From contig JAFLUD010000001.1 of assembly GCA_022508965.1 (NCBI GenBank), positions 584-64,583 of the forward strand: a stretch of 64,000 nt of DNA, read 5' to 3'. This DNA comes from Oscillospiraceae bacterium. GTDB taxonomy: Bacteria; Bacillota; Clostridia; Oscillospirales; Ruminococcaceae. Under the pieces are notes generated by a model. It saw only the letters and a list, made by a program, of their open reading frames with translations. It was not told the origin of the DNA and made no database searches. Of this stretch, positions 9,096 to 19,316 are shown piece by piece (the first letter of the stretch is position 1; each line of letters begins with the position of its first letter). A program made the position numbers and the translations under genes.

Positions 9096-10967
9096 TTATG
9101 TATTCTGCAAAGCGGAAGCGATATTGGATACGTTCTTGATAATATCCGTGATCTCCGAAACGCTGCTGTTGATGAACGCGAGGCTCTTGTTGAGGTCGTC
9201 AACGGCGCTGTCTGTGTTAACAACATTGTCCTTAGTGCTGTCAACGTCGCCCACAATAACCGACGAAGCGTCCTTGATGCCGTCGATATTGCTGAGGATC
9301 TCGTTGGTGTGGTGCTCGGCAGCCTTCAAAGTATCCGCCGATCTTACAGCAAGCGTTCTGATCTCGCCCGCAACAACCGCGAAGCCCTTACCGAACTGTC
9401 CCGCGCTTGCCGCCTCGATAGAAGCGTTGATAGCGAGGATATTCGTCTGTTCGGAAATGCTCTTGATCTTCGCGAGGATCTTCTCATACTCGCCGATGCT
9501 GACGCTTATCTTGGAAACATACTCCGCGATATCGTTAGCGCGTGTCTGAATACCGCCGATATTGTTGCCCAGCAGGTTCATATCGTTCTTGATGCTCTCG
9601 TTCTTGGAGGTATTCTGTTCCGCCTGTTCAAGAATACGCGCACTCTTGTCGGTGAGCATAGCCATAGACTGATGGATCTCCATAACCATGTTTGCAAGCT
9701 CTGCGTTCTGCTTTTCGATCTTCTGAGCAAGCTGGTGCATATGGTTCTTTTCGTAAACCATACAGTTGTTGGGATTGTTGTTGCCGTAGAAAATGGTGAT
9801 AGCCATATCGTGGCAGCTCTTGAAACCGCAAGCGTGGCAGTTGATATTTCTTTCCGTCTCGGTAAACTTGCCCATCGACTTGTAAACCTCGTCGAGCTGA
9901 GCCTCGGTGGGTCTCTGAGTGGTGCATCTGTTCTGATAACCTCTCAAGAAGTCCTCGAGCTTCAGGGTCTTGAATATCTTTGTATGGAAACGCTCCTTAG
10001 CGCTTCTCTTAGTGCTCCATTTTCTCGCGTGGACCATGATATCATAAGCGTTGAAGGTGTTGACGGACTCACGCGCGCCGGCGCCGGTGTTGCAGCCGAA
10101 TTCACAGCTGAGAACATCGTAAACCGCGGGAACATGGCTCTTATCGGTATCCAGATAGTGATCCAGGTCGTCGTAAACCTTGTTGACGCCCTCCGAGGTA
10201 GCAACCAGCAGCTCGGGGTCATAAACGTGCAGACATTCCTTCAGACCGCCGGGGATAGGGTAGAACGCGCCGTCAAATCCGCGCGAAGCGGAGAACTCAA
10301 ACGGGCTGTGTCCGTGGGAAAGAGTGATGCCCTTTTCTCTCATATACTCGGTAATTCTTCTGAAGGTAATGTTATAGGAATAAATACCCGTGTTCTCAAA
10401 CTCAACGGTCTTAGCGATACACGGAGTAAGACCTACCAGAATATCGTTGTTGCCAAGATACTTGCGAACATAAACACCCGAGCAAAGCAGGGGAGAATGA
10501 ACAGGGGAAAGGTGGTTGATAAGCTCGGGCTTATGCAGCTCGGCATAGTTCACGATAGCGGCACACGGTTGAGAAATGATCTTAGAACCCGGATGCTGCT
10601 TGAGGTACTGAACGTGCATATATGTACAGATATCCGCGCCGAAAGAGCCGTCGTAAATATCGGCAACGCCCTGATCCTTAAACCACTGAAGAACATGACG
10701 CCAGGTACCGTCCATAGCGGTCTTGATAGCGGGGGCAACGATAAAGGAAACCCTCTGACCCGACTTGATAAGCTCCAATACCTTTTCGAGATCATCGGTA
10801 TAATATCTTGCGCCGTGAGGGCAGCTCTTAACGCACTCACCGCAGCGGATACATTCCTTGTTATTGATCTTTACAACGCTTCCGTCGTAAAGATTCGCGT
10901 TGGGGATAGGGCAGGCACGAATACACGCGTTACATCCGATGCATTTTTCCTCTTTTACATGTACCAT
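9096..10967 (-). CDS. Sensory [FeFe]-hydrogenase-like protein fused to a methyl-accepting chemotaxis domain (group C2-like)
   Basis: Two CxxCxxCxxxCP ferredoxin motifs; H-domain motifs [25 protein letters not shown]; extra [11 protein letters not shown] FeS domain; MCP tip [25 protein letters not shown]; GGAGG RBS before ATG 10967. Confidence 0.88.
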   Translation of the reverse strand: MVHVKEEKCIGCNACIRACPIPNANLYDGSVVKINNKECIRCGECVKSCPHGARYYTDDLEKVLELIKSGQRVSFIVAPAIKTAMDGTWRHVLQWFKDQGVADIYDGSFGADICTYMHVQYLKQHPGSKIISQPCAAIVNYAELHKPELINHLSPVHSPLLCSGVYVRKYLGNNDILVGLTPCIAKTVEFENTGIYSYNITFRRITEYMREKGITLSHGHSPFEFSASRGFDGAFYPIPGGLKECLHVYDPELLVATSEGVNKVYDDLDHYLDTDKSHVPAVYDVLSCEFGCNTGAGARESVNTFNAYDIMVHARKWSTKRSAKERFHTKIFKTLKLEDFLRGYQNRCTTQRPTEAQLDEVYKSMGKFTETERNINCHACGFKSCHDMAITIFYGNNNPNNCMVYEKNHMHQLAQKIEKQNAELANMVMEIHQSMAMLTDKSARILEQAEQNTSKNESIKNDMNLLGNNIGGIQTRANDIAEYVSKISVSIGEYEKILAKIKSISEQTNILAINASIEAASAGQFGKGFAVVAGEIRTLAVRSADTLKAAEHHTNEILSNIDGIKDASSVIVGDVDSTKDNVVNTDSAVDDLNKSLAFINSSVSEITDIIKNVSNIASALQNT

Positions 10968-11055
10968 ATTTATCTCCTCCAAAAAGGTATTTTATAGAGA
11001 ACGACATCCCAAATTGTTAAAAAAGAAACAAATCGAGAATAAGCTATATACTTAT

Positions 11056-11084
11056 ATTATAAAGAAAAAACAGCTTTAAATCAA
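11056..11084 (-). promoter_or_regulatory. Sigma-A promoter for hydrogenase-MCP
   Basis: TTGATT-17-TATAAT on the minus strand. Confidence 0.6.
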
Positions 11085-11194
11085 TTCATTATTTTCACGA
11101 TATTTCAACCGTATATTTGTGCAAAACGACAAATTTTAACAATAAGAAAACTGTTTTAAAAATAAAACAATTACGCCATAGCGGTTAAAACACC

Positions 11195-11226
11195 AAAACG
11201 GCGCGATAAAAATACCGCGCCGTTTT
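11195..11226 (-). terminator. Intrinsic terminator of the histone-like gene
   Basis: AAAACGGCGCG / CGCGCCGTTTT inverted repeat. Confidence 0.7.
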
Positions 11227-11253
11227 AAGTAAAGCATTAAAATATACAGCCGA

Positions 11254-11937
11254 TCAGAAAATCGAAGCGATCTTAGCAGCGGCAGCGATGTTGCCCTCAG
11301 CATAGAAATCGCCGGATTCCAACAGAGCCTTGAGAGTGATCTTACCGTCAACGAAAGCGGACGCATTAGCGAAGCTCAGAGAAACCCTGAAGTCCTTAGC
11401 GTCATAGCTGAACGGGGAAACGGTAACCTTACCCTCGTTAACTTCAACGTACATTTTTCCGTTGGAACCGTCAGCAAAGCCCCAAACCTCGATATCAACG
11501 GCGATCTTGCCCTTGATGGAAGCAGCCTTAGCCTTAGAGATCTTCTTATCGAGCTTCTTGCAGATGGTATCGATAGTTACAACGGGAGCCTTCTTAGCTG
11601 CGGTCTTCTTGGCAGCCGGCTTTTTAGCAGCGGACTTCTTAGCGGCAGTCTTCTTAGCTGCGGGTTTAGCGGCAGTTTTTGCAGCGGGCTTAGCGGCAGC
11701 CTTGGCAGCAGTCTTCTTAGCAGCGGGTTTTTTAGCCGCAGCTTTCTTTGCAGGAGCCTTCTTAGCCGCAGGTTTCTTAGCTGCAGTCTTCTTAGCAGCG
11801 GGTTTCTTTGCAGCGGGCTTAGCGGCATCCGATGCAGCAGCCTTCACAGGCTCTTTAGCCGCAGCGACTTTCTTTTCCGCAGTAGCAGCCGTCGCTTCAG
11901 CAACCTTTTTTTCCTCGGGCTTCTTTGAATTCATCAT
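11254..11937 (-). CDS. Histone H1/HC2-like Lys-Ala-Pro-rich protein with C-terminal SCP2-like domain
   Basis: Many K(K)PAAK/KKTAA repeats then a ~105-aa domain ending GKITLKALLESGDFYAEGN (SCP2-like); AAAGGA RBS before ATG 11937/11934; the longer ORF start lies in non-coding AT-rich DNA. Confidence 0.8.
   Translation of the reverse strand: MMNSKKPEEKKVAEATAATAEKKVAAAKEPVKAAASDAAKPAAKKPAAKKTAAKKPAAKKAPAKKAAAKKPAAKKTAAKAAAKPAAKTAAKPAAKKTAAKKSAAKKPAAKKTAAKKAPVVTIDTICKKLDKKISKAKAASIKGKIAVDIEVWGFADGSNGKMYVEVNEGKVTVSPFSYDAKDFRVSLSFANASAFVDGKITLKALLESGDFYAEGNIAAAAKIASIF
11588..11830 (-). repeat. Coding ~15-bp tandem repeats (KKPAA/KKTAA units)
   Basis: Recurrent (t)tcttagc(a/t/c)gc units on the plus strand. 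Confidence 0.8.
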
Positions 11938-12000
11938 AATAAGATCCTTTCGAATGGTTTTCCTGCAAAAACAGAAAAAACTTTTTTGTTTGATAATTAT

Positions 12001-12029
12001 ATAATAACATATATTAAAAAAAATTTCAA
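12001..12029 (-). promoter_or_regulatory. Sigma-A promoter for the histone-like gene
   Basis: TTGAAA-17-TATTAT with extended TG. Confidence 0.6.
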
Positions 12030-12463
12030 CTGTTTTTTGCGTAAATAGTATAAAAAAATATTTTTTTATCAAAAAATTTTGTAAAAAACACAGAATAAAA
12101 TGAGAAGAAATCCGCACGTTTTTGATTTTATCTAAATCAAAAGTTCAAAACGCAAAACGCTCAATAGTCCGCATAATACTACGCTTTCGCGCGTTTTGAT
12201 ATTATAGAATATTTTTGATTTTATCGGAGAAAATTTTTGCGAAATTCAAATTTTTTTTCGAGTAAAATACCGATCAAAATTTTTTAAAAAAATTTTTTCG
12301 ATCAAGAAAAATTTTAATTAATTATTTTAAAAATCACTCGATGAAAATTAAAATATAATACACAATTTTTTAATCAAAAAATTTATTAGACTACTTTTTA
12401 TTTTTTCGGGACACATTCTCTCCGAATAAAATCTCCGCAAATAATCCTCAAACCTAAAAACTC

Positions 12464-12492
12464 TTGAAATTTCCTTAGGTATATGCTACAAT
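12464..12492 (+). promoter_or_regulatory. Sigma-A promoter for the tyrosine recombinase
   Basis: TTGAAA-17-TACAAT with extended TG. Confidence 0.7.
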
Positions 12493-12517
12493 AATCAAAA
12501 AGGGAAACACACAGTAA

Positions 12518-12545
12518 ATTGCGTAAAATAGAAATTTTACGCAAT
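12518..12545. other. Perfect 11-6-11 inverted repeat, candidate recombinase (dif-like) site or operator
   Basis: ATTGCGTAAAA-TAGAAA-TTTTACGCAAT between promoter and RBS of the recombinase. Confidence 0.6.
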
Positions 12546-12568
12546 AGAGTGGAGGCGAAACGCTCAAT

Positions 12569-13612
12569 ATGAATAAAAACAATTATGATAACGCGCCGCA
12601 GTCTTTAAAGGACTATCTGTATTATTTGCAGATCGTCAAAGGCCGCTCCGAACTTACGGTAAAGAATTATTATACCGATCTTCGTTCGTTCTTCAGATAT
12701 TTGAAGGTAAAGCAAGGCCGCGCGTCCGAGAATCCGGATGATTTTTCGGAAATAGACATATCCGACATGACCGACGAGGATATAATGTCGGTTGATCTGC
12801 AGTTCGCGCAGGAGTTTCTGTTGTATATGAAAGCCGAGAGATCCAACGATCAGAAAGCGCGTTACCGCAAGGCAGTCGCGTTGCGCCAGTTTTATAAATT
12901 CCTGACGAACAATAAGCACATGTTTAAAGTAAGCCCCATGGCGAATCTGGAATTGCCGTCGCCCAAGGCTGCATTGCCGAAGTATCTGACGCTAGAGCAG
13001 GCTCTGGAAATGCTCACGCATATCGACACGCCCGATCAGAAGCGCGATTATTGCATCGTGGTATTTTTCCTGAATTGCGGAATGCGTTTGAGCGAGCTTG
13101 TCGGGATCAATTTAAAGGACATACGCAGCACGCATGATACCGACGGAAACGAGATCTATACTCTCAAAGTCCTCGGTAAAGGCAGCAAGGAGCGAATAAT
13201 TTACTTAAACCAAGCCTGCATAAACGCGTATAAAGCGTATCTCGCGCCCGAGGAAACCGACCCCTCTTCGCGTCAGGCTGCCGGCTGCCGTGATATGAAT
13301 ACCCGTGAAGACGCGCTGTTTTTGAGTCGCCGCGGAACGCGGATATCAAATCGCCGCGTCCAGCAGATTGTCGAGGAATGCTTCAAAAGCTGCGGACTTG
13401 ATAATATGGGACTTTCTGTGCATAAGCTCCGCCACACAGCCGCAACGCTAATGTATCAGAATGGCGTAGATGTGCGTGTTTTAAAGGACGTCCTCGGTCA
13501 TGAGAACCTCAACACGACCCAGATCTACACGCATGTTTCCAGTGCTCAGATGAAAAACGCCGTGAATCAAAATCCCCTTTCCGGCGTCGCTCCCGGTGAA
13601 AAAAACGAATAG
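12569..13612 (+). CDS. xerC: XerC/XerS-like tyrosine recombinase
   Basis: Catalytic set GMRLSEL, GKGSKER, HKLRHT, LGHE, TQIYTH; N-terminal SAM-like domain. Confidence 0.9.
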   Translation: MNKNNYDNAPQSLKDYLYYLQIVKGRSELTVKNYYTDLRSFFRYLKVKQGRASENPDDFSEIDISDMTDEDIMSVDLQFAQEFLLYMKAERSNDQKARYRKAVALRQFYKFLTNNKHMFKVSPMANLELPSPKAALPKYLTLEQALEMLTHIDTPDQKRDYCIVVFFLNCGMRLSELVGINLKDIRSTHDTDGNEIYTLKVLGKGSKERIIYLNQACINAYKAYLAPEETDPSSRQAAGCRDMNTREDALFLSRRGTRISNRRVQQIVEECFKSCGLDNMGLSVHKLRHTAATLMYQNGVDVRVLKDVLGHENLNTTQIYTHVSSAQMKNAVNQNPLSGVAPGEKNE

Positions 13613-13662
13613 CCCAACAAGCGCAAATAATCGTTTTCGGGAATAAAAATTCCAAAAATATA

Positions 13663-13691
13663 TTGACGAGTAAATATAAATATGATATAAT
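13663..13691 (+). promoter_or_regulatory. Sigma-A promoter for the MCP gene
   Basis: TTGACG-17-TATAAT with extended TG. Confidence 0.7.
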
Positions 13692-13751
13692 ATAAGTTGA
13701 CTTAAATTTTTAAGTGCGATCCCACGGAAATTAATGAAAAGAGGTAAAGAA

Positions 13752-15728
13752 ATGTTTAACACTTTAAAGGGAAAGATCCTTTTCCGAATACTGCTTTTGT
13801 TGACGTTAGGAATAGCCGTGATCGGAATAGTTGGAAGTGTAATGAACTATACCATATCTGTTCAGGTGCTGAGCGATAATATGCAGGTAATAGCCGAGCA
13901 GGCGAACCAAGCGGTAACCAACCGTCTCGGACAAACTAAGGCAATCGCAACAGAGCTGGGCTTGAACTCCGTGTTTTCCAGCAAAACCGCCACCGAAGAA
14001 CGCAAGCTCGAGATACTCAAGAGCAGAGCCGAGAAATACAACGCCAGCATTTACGGCTTCATTGATGAAAACGGCATGACAAACAGCGGCGTAGACTTTT
14101 CTAAAAGCGCGTATTACAGCCGCCTGAAGAACGGCGAGGTCGTAATCACCACCCCGATCAATCTTAACGGACAGTGGGTTATTTTGATGATAGCGCCGAT
14201 AAGAGAGAACGCGGTTGACACCGGCAGGGTCATCGGCGGCGTATATTTGGGAATCGACGCTCAGTTCCTTTCAAATTTAGTTGACTCCATTGACGTAGGC
14301 GAAACGGGAATCTCGTATATCCTCGATAAGAACGGAACCTACATAGCTCACCCCGATTACAGCCTGGTAACCAGCCAGACCAATCACATCACCTCCGGCG
14401 ATCCCGGCTATGCCGAGATAGCGAAGATCCAGAAGGAAGCCTACGAGCATTTTAAAACCTACGACGACACCCTCTTCAAAAAGTACAGGGTACAAGGCGT
14501 AGAAAAGTTCGGCGCGTTCTGCGAGATCGACAACTCCGACGACTGGGTATTCGTCTGCACCACCGAGACCTCCGAGTATATGGGAAGCACCTATGCCGCG
14601 ATCATCGCAACATTAGTAATAGCGGCAGTCGTAATATCCATCGGAACCCTTCTCATCATATTGACGACAAATGACATCGTAAACCCGATCCAGAAAATAC
14701 TCGTAGCAATGCAAAAAGTATCCGAGGGCGACCTCAAGGTAAGCGTAGACCACAAATCCAAGGACGAGACGGGACAGCTCGCGAACGCTATCAACAGCAC
14801 GATCGCCTCTCTCAACGGCTATGTCGGAGAAATATCCAGAATTTGTCAGGAACTCTCCGCGGGCAACTTCGACGTATACCGCAATATCGAGTTCCGCGGC
14901 GATTTCGTTCAGATTATGGACGCTCTGGATCACCTGTCCACACGCCTCAGCGAAACGATGGAACAGATCAATATAGCGGCAATGCAGGTAAATCAGGGCG
15001 CAAACCAGATCTCCGACGGAGCGACCGCTCTCGCGTCCGGAACCACCCAGCAGGCGTCCTCTATTGAAGAACTCGCAAGCATCGTAGCAACGCTCAACGA
15101 CAAGGTAGCGATGAACGCAAATCACGCAGCGGAAGCAAACACCAAGGCAGAATCCGCCGGCGAAAAGATGGATAGCTCCAACGAGCACATGAAGGGAATG
15201 ATTCGCGCGATGAATCATATTTCCGAAAAATCCAACGAGATCAGCAATATTATCAAGACAATCGAAGACATTTCGTTCCAGACGAACATCCTCGCGCTCA
15301 ATGCCGCGATCGAGGCCGCAAGAGCGGGCGCGTCCGGCAAGGGCTTCGCGGTAGTAGCGGACGAGGTTCGCAATCTCGCGTCCAAGAGCGCCGAAGCAGC
15401 CCAGAGCACCACAGACCTTATCGAACAGTGTATCAAGGCAGTCAACGCAGGCTCCGGCATCGCGAACGAGACCGCCGAAGCGCTTAACGAATCCTACGAG
15501 GTAACCACTCAGACAGTAAAGCTCATCGACGAGATCTCCAAGGCTTGCAAGGAGCAGGCAGCGATGATCGAGCAGGTAGACGTCGGTATCGAGCAGATAT
15601 CCAGCGTTGTACAGACCAACGCCGCAACCTCCGAGCAGTCCGCGGCGTCCAGCGAACAGCTTAACAGCCAGGCGATGGAGCTTCGCAACCTTACAGGCAA
15701 GTTCGTTCTCAAAAAGAAAAACCGTTAA
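13752..15728 (+). CDS. Methyl-accepting chemotaxis protein (TM-dCache-TM-HAMP-MCP)
   Basis: Two TM segments, Cache-like [47 protein letters not shown]; GAGGT RBS before ATG 13752. Confidence 0.92.
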   Translation: MFNTLKGKILFRILLLLTLGIAVIGIVGSVMNYTISVQVLSDNMQVIAEQANQAVTNRLGQTKAIATELGLNSVFSSKTATEERKLEILKSRAEKYNASIYGFIDENGMTNSGVDFSKSAYYSRLKNGEVVITTPINLNGQWVILMIAPIRENAVDTGRVIGGVYLGIDAQFLSNLVDSIDVGETGISYILDKNGTYIAHPDYSLVTSQTNHITSGDPGYAEIAKIQKEAYEHFKTYDDTLFKKYRVQGVEKFGAFCEIDNSDDWVFVCTTETSEYMGSTYAAIIATLVIAAVVISIGTLLIILTTNDIVNPIQKILVAMQKVSEGDLKVSVDHKSKDETGQLANAINSTIASLNGYVGEISRICQELSAGNFDVYRNIEFRGDFVQIMDALDHLSTRLSETMEQINIAAMQVNQGANQISDGATALASGTTQQASSIEELASIVATLNDKVAMNANHAAEANTKAESAGEKMDSSNEHMKGMIRAMNHISEKSNEISNIIKTIEDISFQTNILALNAAIEAARAGASGKGFAVVADEVRNLASKSAEAAQSTTDLIEQCIKAVNAGSGIANETAEALNESYEVTTQTVKLIDEISKACKEQAAMIEQVDVGIEQISSVVQTNAATSEQSAASSEQLNSQAMELRNLTGKFVLKKKNR

Positions 15729-15734
15729 AACAAA

Positions 15735-15768
15735 ACCGCGCAGGCACTCCCCTGCGCGGTATTTTTTT
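15735..15768 (+). terminator. Intrinsic terminator
   Basis: ACCGCGCAGG / CCTGCGCGGT followed by a T run. Confidence 0.8.
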
Positions 15769-15779
15769 GAATTAAATAC

Positions 15780-15808
15780 TTGAATTTTGTGGGAATATAT
15801 GTTACAAT
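15780..15808 (+). promoter_or_regulatory. Sigma-A promoter for aroB-aroA-aroC
   Basis: TTGAAT-17-TACAAT with extended TG. Confidence 0.65.
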
Positions 15809-15835
15809 AAAATATATGTGTACGGAGGGAGATAT

Positions 15836-16891
15836 ATGGAAAAAGTAACGGTAAACGCAAGCACCTCTTATGAGATATTGATAGATAAAGGTATCCTTGA
15901 CAAAACCGGCGAGCTTATCGCGAACATAAAGAAATCAGGTAAGGCAGCCGTCATTACCGACGACAACGTAGATAAATATTACGGAGAACGCGTGCTAAGC
16001 TCGCTTGAAAACGCGGGCTTTTCCCCGAAGAAATTCGTGTTCAGGCACGGCGAAGCGTCGAAATGCCACTCTACCTTGCTCTCAATTTACGATTTTCTGG
16101 CGGAGAACGGCTACACGCGCTCCGATTTTATAGTAGCCCTCGGCGGCGGAGTAGTCGGAGACACGGCGGGCTACGCTGCGGCAACATATATGCGCGGAAT
16201 TGATTTCGTTCAGATTCCCACAACGGTAGTATCCCAGGCGGACAGCTCTGTCGGAGGAAAGACCGCCGTAGATATAAGCGGCGGCAAAAATCTGGTAGGA
16301 GCTTTCCACCAGCCGAAACTTGTTATCTGCGACACCGATACACTCGATACGCTCACTCCCGAGTTCTTTTCCGACGGAATGGCTGAGGTCGTAAAGCACG
16401 GAATGATAAGATCCGCAGAGCTTTTCGAAATACTTTCCACAAAGGATATCAAAGAGAATATCGTCGATATAATGAAGCGAAACGTCTCCATCAAAGGAAA
16501 GGTCGTAGAGAACGACGAGCGCGAAAAAGGAGAGCGTATGCTGCTGAATTTCGGGCACACCTTAGCGCACGCCCTTGAAAAATACTACAATTACACGGGG
16601 CTCACCCACGGCTGCGCGGTGTCGATAGGAATGAGCGTATTTACGCATATAGCCGAGCGCCGCGGAATGACGAAGCCGGGAGTTGCCGACAAGCTGGACG
16701 CATTGCTCTTAAAATGCGGACTTCCGATAACCGACCCCGCGCTTGACAGTATGCACGAGCTTTATAAGCTGTCATTGCGCGATAAAAAGCACCTCGCAAG
16801 CGGCATGAATATCGTAATCTGCTCCGACATAGGAAAGAGCGAAGTCGTAAAAATGTCGGTCGAGGAATACGCCGAATTTCTCAAATCTTAA
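15836..16891 (+). CDS. aroB: 3-dehydroquinate synthase
   Basis: LGGGVVGD, YMRGI..QIPTT, DSSVGGKT, LNFGHT. Confidence 0.95.
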   Translation: MEKVTVNASTSYEILIDKGILDKTGELIANIKKSGKAAVITDDNVDKYYGERVLSSLENAGFSPKKFVFRHGEASKCHSTLLSIYDFLAENGYTRSDFIVALGGGVVGDTAGYAAATYMRGIDFVQIPTTVVSQADSSVGGKTAVDISGGKNLVGAFHQPKLVICDTDTLDTLTPEFFSDGMAEVVKHGMIRSAELFEILSTKDIKENIVDIMKRNVSIKGKVVENDEREKGERMLLNFGHTLAHALEKYYNYTGLTHGCAVSIGMSVFTHIAERRGMTKPGVADKLDALLLKCGLPITDPALDSMHELYKLSLRDKKHLASGMNIVICSDIGKSEVVKMSVEEYAEFLKS

Positions 16892-16900
16892 GGAGAATAT

Positions 16901-18130
16901 ATGGATATAAGGATCACGCCGAAAAAACTTAGCGGCAGCGTCACCGTTCCCCCGTCAAAAAGCGTCGCTCACAGAATGATAATAGCCGCGTCGCTAAGCC
17001 GCGGCAGCTCAAAGATAACCAACCTCTCCCCTTCCGTGGACATCCTGGCGACAATAGACTGTATGAGAGCATTGGGCGCGAAAATTGATTTTGAATACGG
17101 CGTTGCTTTGATTGAGGGAATAAAAAGCCCCCCGAAAACCGCCCTGCTCGATTGCTGCGAATCCGGCTCCACGCTGCGTTTTCTGATACCGGTAGCCTGC
17201 GCTCTGGGAACAACAGCCGAGTTCATCGGCAGAGGAAAGCTCCCCCAACGCCCCATCACCCCGTTTTTGGAGGAATTCCCCGCGCACGGCATCACGTTTG
17301 ATTTCGGGAAAGCAAAAAGCGGCGAATCGCTCCCCTGCTCCGTTTCAGGAAAGCTCACCGCAGGTAGCTTTGAAATAGACGGCGGTATCTCCTCGCAGTT
17401 TATCACGGGATTGCTGTTCGCATTGCCGCTGCTGAATGGCGACAGCGAAATAGTTCTAAAGTCACACTTAGAATCCAAGCCGTATGTTGATATTACTCTG
17501 GGGGTATTGCGTGACTTCGGCTGCGAGGTTGCAGAAACACCGCGCGGCTATTCCGTCCGCGGCGGACAAACCTTCAAGCCGTTTTCGGCAGCGGTCGAGG
17601 GTGATTATTCTCAGTCGGCGTTCTTTTACACGGCGAATTCCCTCGGCTCCCGGCTTGAAATAAACGGGCTTAACGCAGACTCGCTGCAAGGCGACAAAAA
17701 AATCACCGAGATCTGCGAGAATTTCAACAGAACAGGCGCCCCCTTTGAAATAGACTGCTCCGACATTCCCGATCTGGTGCCGATACTTACGGTGCTCGCC
17801 TGCTTTGGCAATGGAAAAAGCCGTCTCACAAACGTCGCGCGCCTTCGGATAAAGGAATGCGACCGCCTGGCCGCAATGGAAGATTGCCTAAACCGAATAG
17901 GCGGCAAGGTAAAAGCGTCCGAGGATTCCATTGAAATCGAGGGAATAGAAACGCTAAAAGGCGGCGAAGTCGATTCCTACAACGACCACAGAATAGCGAT
18001 GTCAATGGCGATAGCGGCGACGCGTTGCGAACAGCCGCTGATGATTCGCGGCGCCGAGTGCGTCAGCAAATCGTTTCCGAACTTCTTCAAGGTGTACAAA
18101 AGTCTTGGCGGAGAAATTGTAGAGCTATAA
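16901..18130 (+). CDS. aroA: 3-phosphoshikimate 1-carboxyvinyltransferase
   Basis: PPSKSVAHR, ESGSTLR, SSQFITG, LRIKECDR, DHRIAM, KSFPNF. Confidence 0.95.
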   Translation: MDIRITPKKLSGSVTVPPSKSVAHRMIIAASLSRGSSKITNLSPSVDILATIDCMRALGAKIDFEYGVALIEGIKSPPKTALLDCCESGSTLRFLIPVACALGTTAEFIGRGKLPQRPITPFLEEFPAHGITFDFGKAKSGESLPCSVSGKLTAGSFEIDGGISSQFITGLLFALPLLNGDSEIVLKSHLESKPYVDITLGVLRDFGCEVAETPRGYSVRGGQTFKPFSAAVEGDYSQSAFFYTANSLGSRLEINGLNADSLQGDKKITEICENFNRTGAPFEIDCSDIPDLVPILTVLACFGNGKSRLTNVARLRIKECDRLAAMEDCLNRIGGKVKASEDSIEIEGIETLKGGEVDSYNDHRIAMSMAIAATRCEQPLMIRGAECVSKSFPNFFKVYKSLGGEIVEL

Positions 18131-18148
18131 AGATTATTTCAAAAATAT

Positions 18149-18209
18149 GAAAGTCTTTGGAAAGGGGTCCGGGGGATAACCTTTCTTCAGAAAGGTTTCC
18201 CCCGGAAAA
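18149..18209. repeat. REP-like hairpin element, copy 1
   Basis: GAAAGTCTTTGGAAAGGGGT leader then CCGGGGGATAACCTTTCT-TC-AGAAAGGTTTCCCCCGG; homologous to 20316-20378. Confidence 0.7.
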
Positions 18210-18218
18210 GGAGCGCGT

Positions 18219-19307
18219 ATGTCATCAAGTTACAACGGCGGAATAAACATTTCGCTTTTCGGAGAATCCCACGGCAAAGGCATCGGAGTAGTACTCGACA
18301 ATCTTCCCGCCGGCGAGGAGATAGACCTTGATAAGATCGCGGCGTTTATGGCACGCCGCGCGCCGAAAAAGGACGGCACCTCCACCACCCGAAGCGAAAA
18401 AGACGTTCCCGAAATTCTGTCGGGAATTTACGAGGGAAAAACCACCGGCACGCCGCTTGCCGCAGTGATTTTCAACACCGATCAGCATTCCGGCGACTAC
18501 GGGAACATCTCGCACATCGCGCGCCCCGCCCACGCCGATTACACGGGATTTCTTCGCTATAAAGGAGCCAACGACCCTCGCGGCGGCGGTCACTTTTCCG
18601 GAAGAATAACCGCCCCCCTGTGCTTTGCGGGAGCAGTCTGCGCCCAGATACTCGAACGCCGCGGGATAACCGTCGGAGCGCATATCAAGTCGATAAAGAA
18701 TGTTTGTGACGAGAGCTTCGACCCCGTGAACGTCACCGCAAAACAGCTTGAATCGGTGAAAACACGCGCCTTCCCCGTGATCTCTGATACAGCCGAAACG
18801 CAGATGCGCGAGGTTATAGCAAACGCAAGAGAGAATCTCGACAGCGTCGGCGGCATAGTCGAGTGCGCCGCAGTCGGCTTCCCCGCGGGAATAGGCTCTC
18901 CGATGCTTGACGGCTTGGAGAATATCATCTCGCAGCTCGTGTTCGCGATCCCTGCCGTCAAAGGGATAGAGTTCGGCAACGGCTTTTCCTGCGCGGAGCT
19001 GTTCGGCAGCGAAAACAACGACGATTTCACGGTAATAAACGGCGAGATCCTCACCAAAACCAACAATCACGGAGGAATTTTAGGGGGAATAAGCTCCGGA
19101 ATGCCGATAATTTTCCGAGCGGCGTTCAAGCCCACTCCGTCCATCTCTCGCCCGCAGAACAGCGTCGATTTCAAGGAAAACGTACAGCGCTTGCTTGCGA
19201 TCAAAGGCAGACACGACCCCTGCGTTGTACCGAGAGCCGTCCCCTGCGTTGAGGCAGCGATGAATATAGCGCTGCTGTCCGCCCTGCTTCGCGACCCAAA
19301 AATTTGA
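18219..19307 (+). CDS. aroC: Chorismate synthase
   Basis: FGESHG, RPAHAD, GGGHFSGR, GGISSG, KPTPS, GRHDPC. Confidence 0.96.
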   Translation: MSSSYNGGINISLFGESHGKGIGVVLDNLPAGEEIDLDKIAAFMARRAPKKDGTSTTRSEKDVPEILSGIYEGKTTGTPLAAVIFNTDQHSGDYGNISHIARPAHADYTGFLRYKGANDPRGGGHFSGRITAPLCFAGAVCAQILERRGITVGAHIKSIKNVCDESFDPVNVTAKQLESVKTRAFPVISDTAETQMREVIANARENLDSVGGIVECAAVGFPAGIGSPMLDGLENIISQLVFAIPAVKGIEFGNGFSCAELFGSENNDDFTVINGEILTKTNNHGGILGGISSGMPIIFRAAFKPTPSISRPQNSVDFKENVQRLLAIKGRHDPCVVPRAVPCVEAAMNIALLSALLRDPKI

Positions 19308-19316
19308 GGTGATCTT

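Noticed and set aside
9309-10997. 562-aa plus-strand ORF
   Set aside because: Antisense shadow of the hydrogenase-MCP gene; no motifs or RBS
11588-11830. CRISPR-like periodicity
   Set aside because: Degenerate in-frame coding repeats with no unique spacers and no cas genes
11938-12117. N-terminal extension of the histone-like ORF
   Set aside because: Runs through the promoter and AT-rich spacer; the real RBS precedes 11937/11934
12166-12193. AGTCCGCATAA resembling a XerC arm of proteobacterial dif
   Set aside because: No matching second arm after a 6-bp spacer
12030-12460. Possible replication origin in the AT-rich spacer
   Set aside because: No TTATCCACA DnaA-box cluster and no dnaA/dnaN nearby
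12569-13612. Recombinase as prophage or ICE integrase
   Set aside because: No phage or conjugation cargo, tRNA or att duplication seen; size and motifs fit a chromosomal Xer
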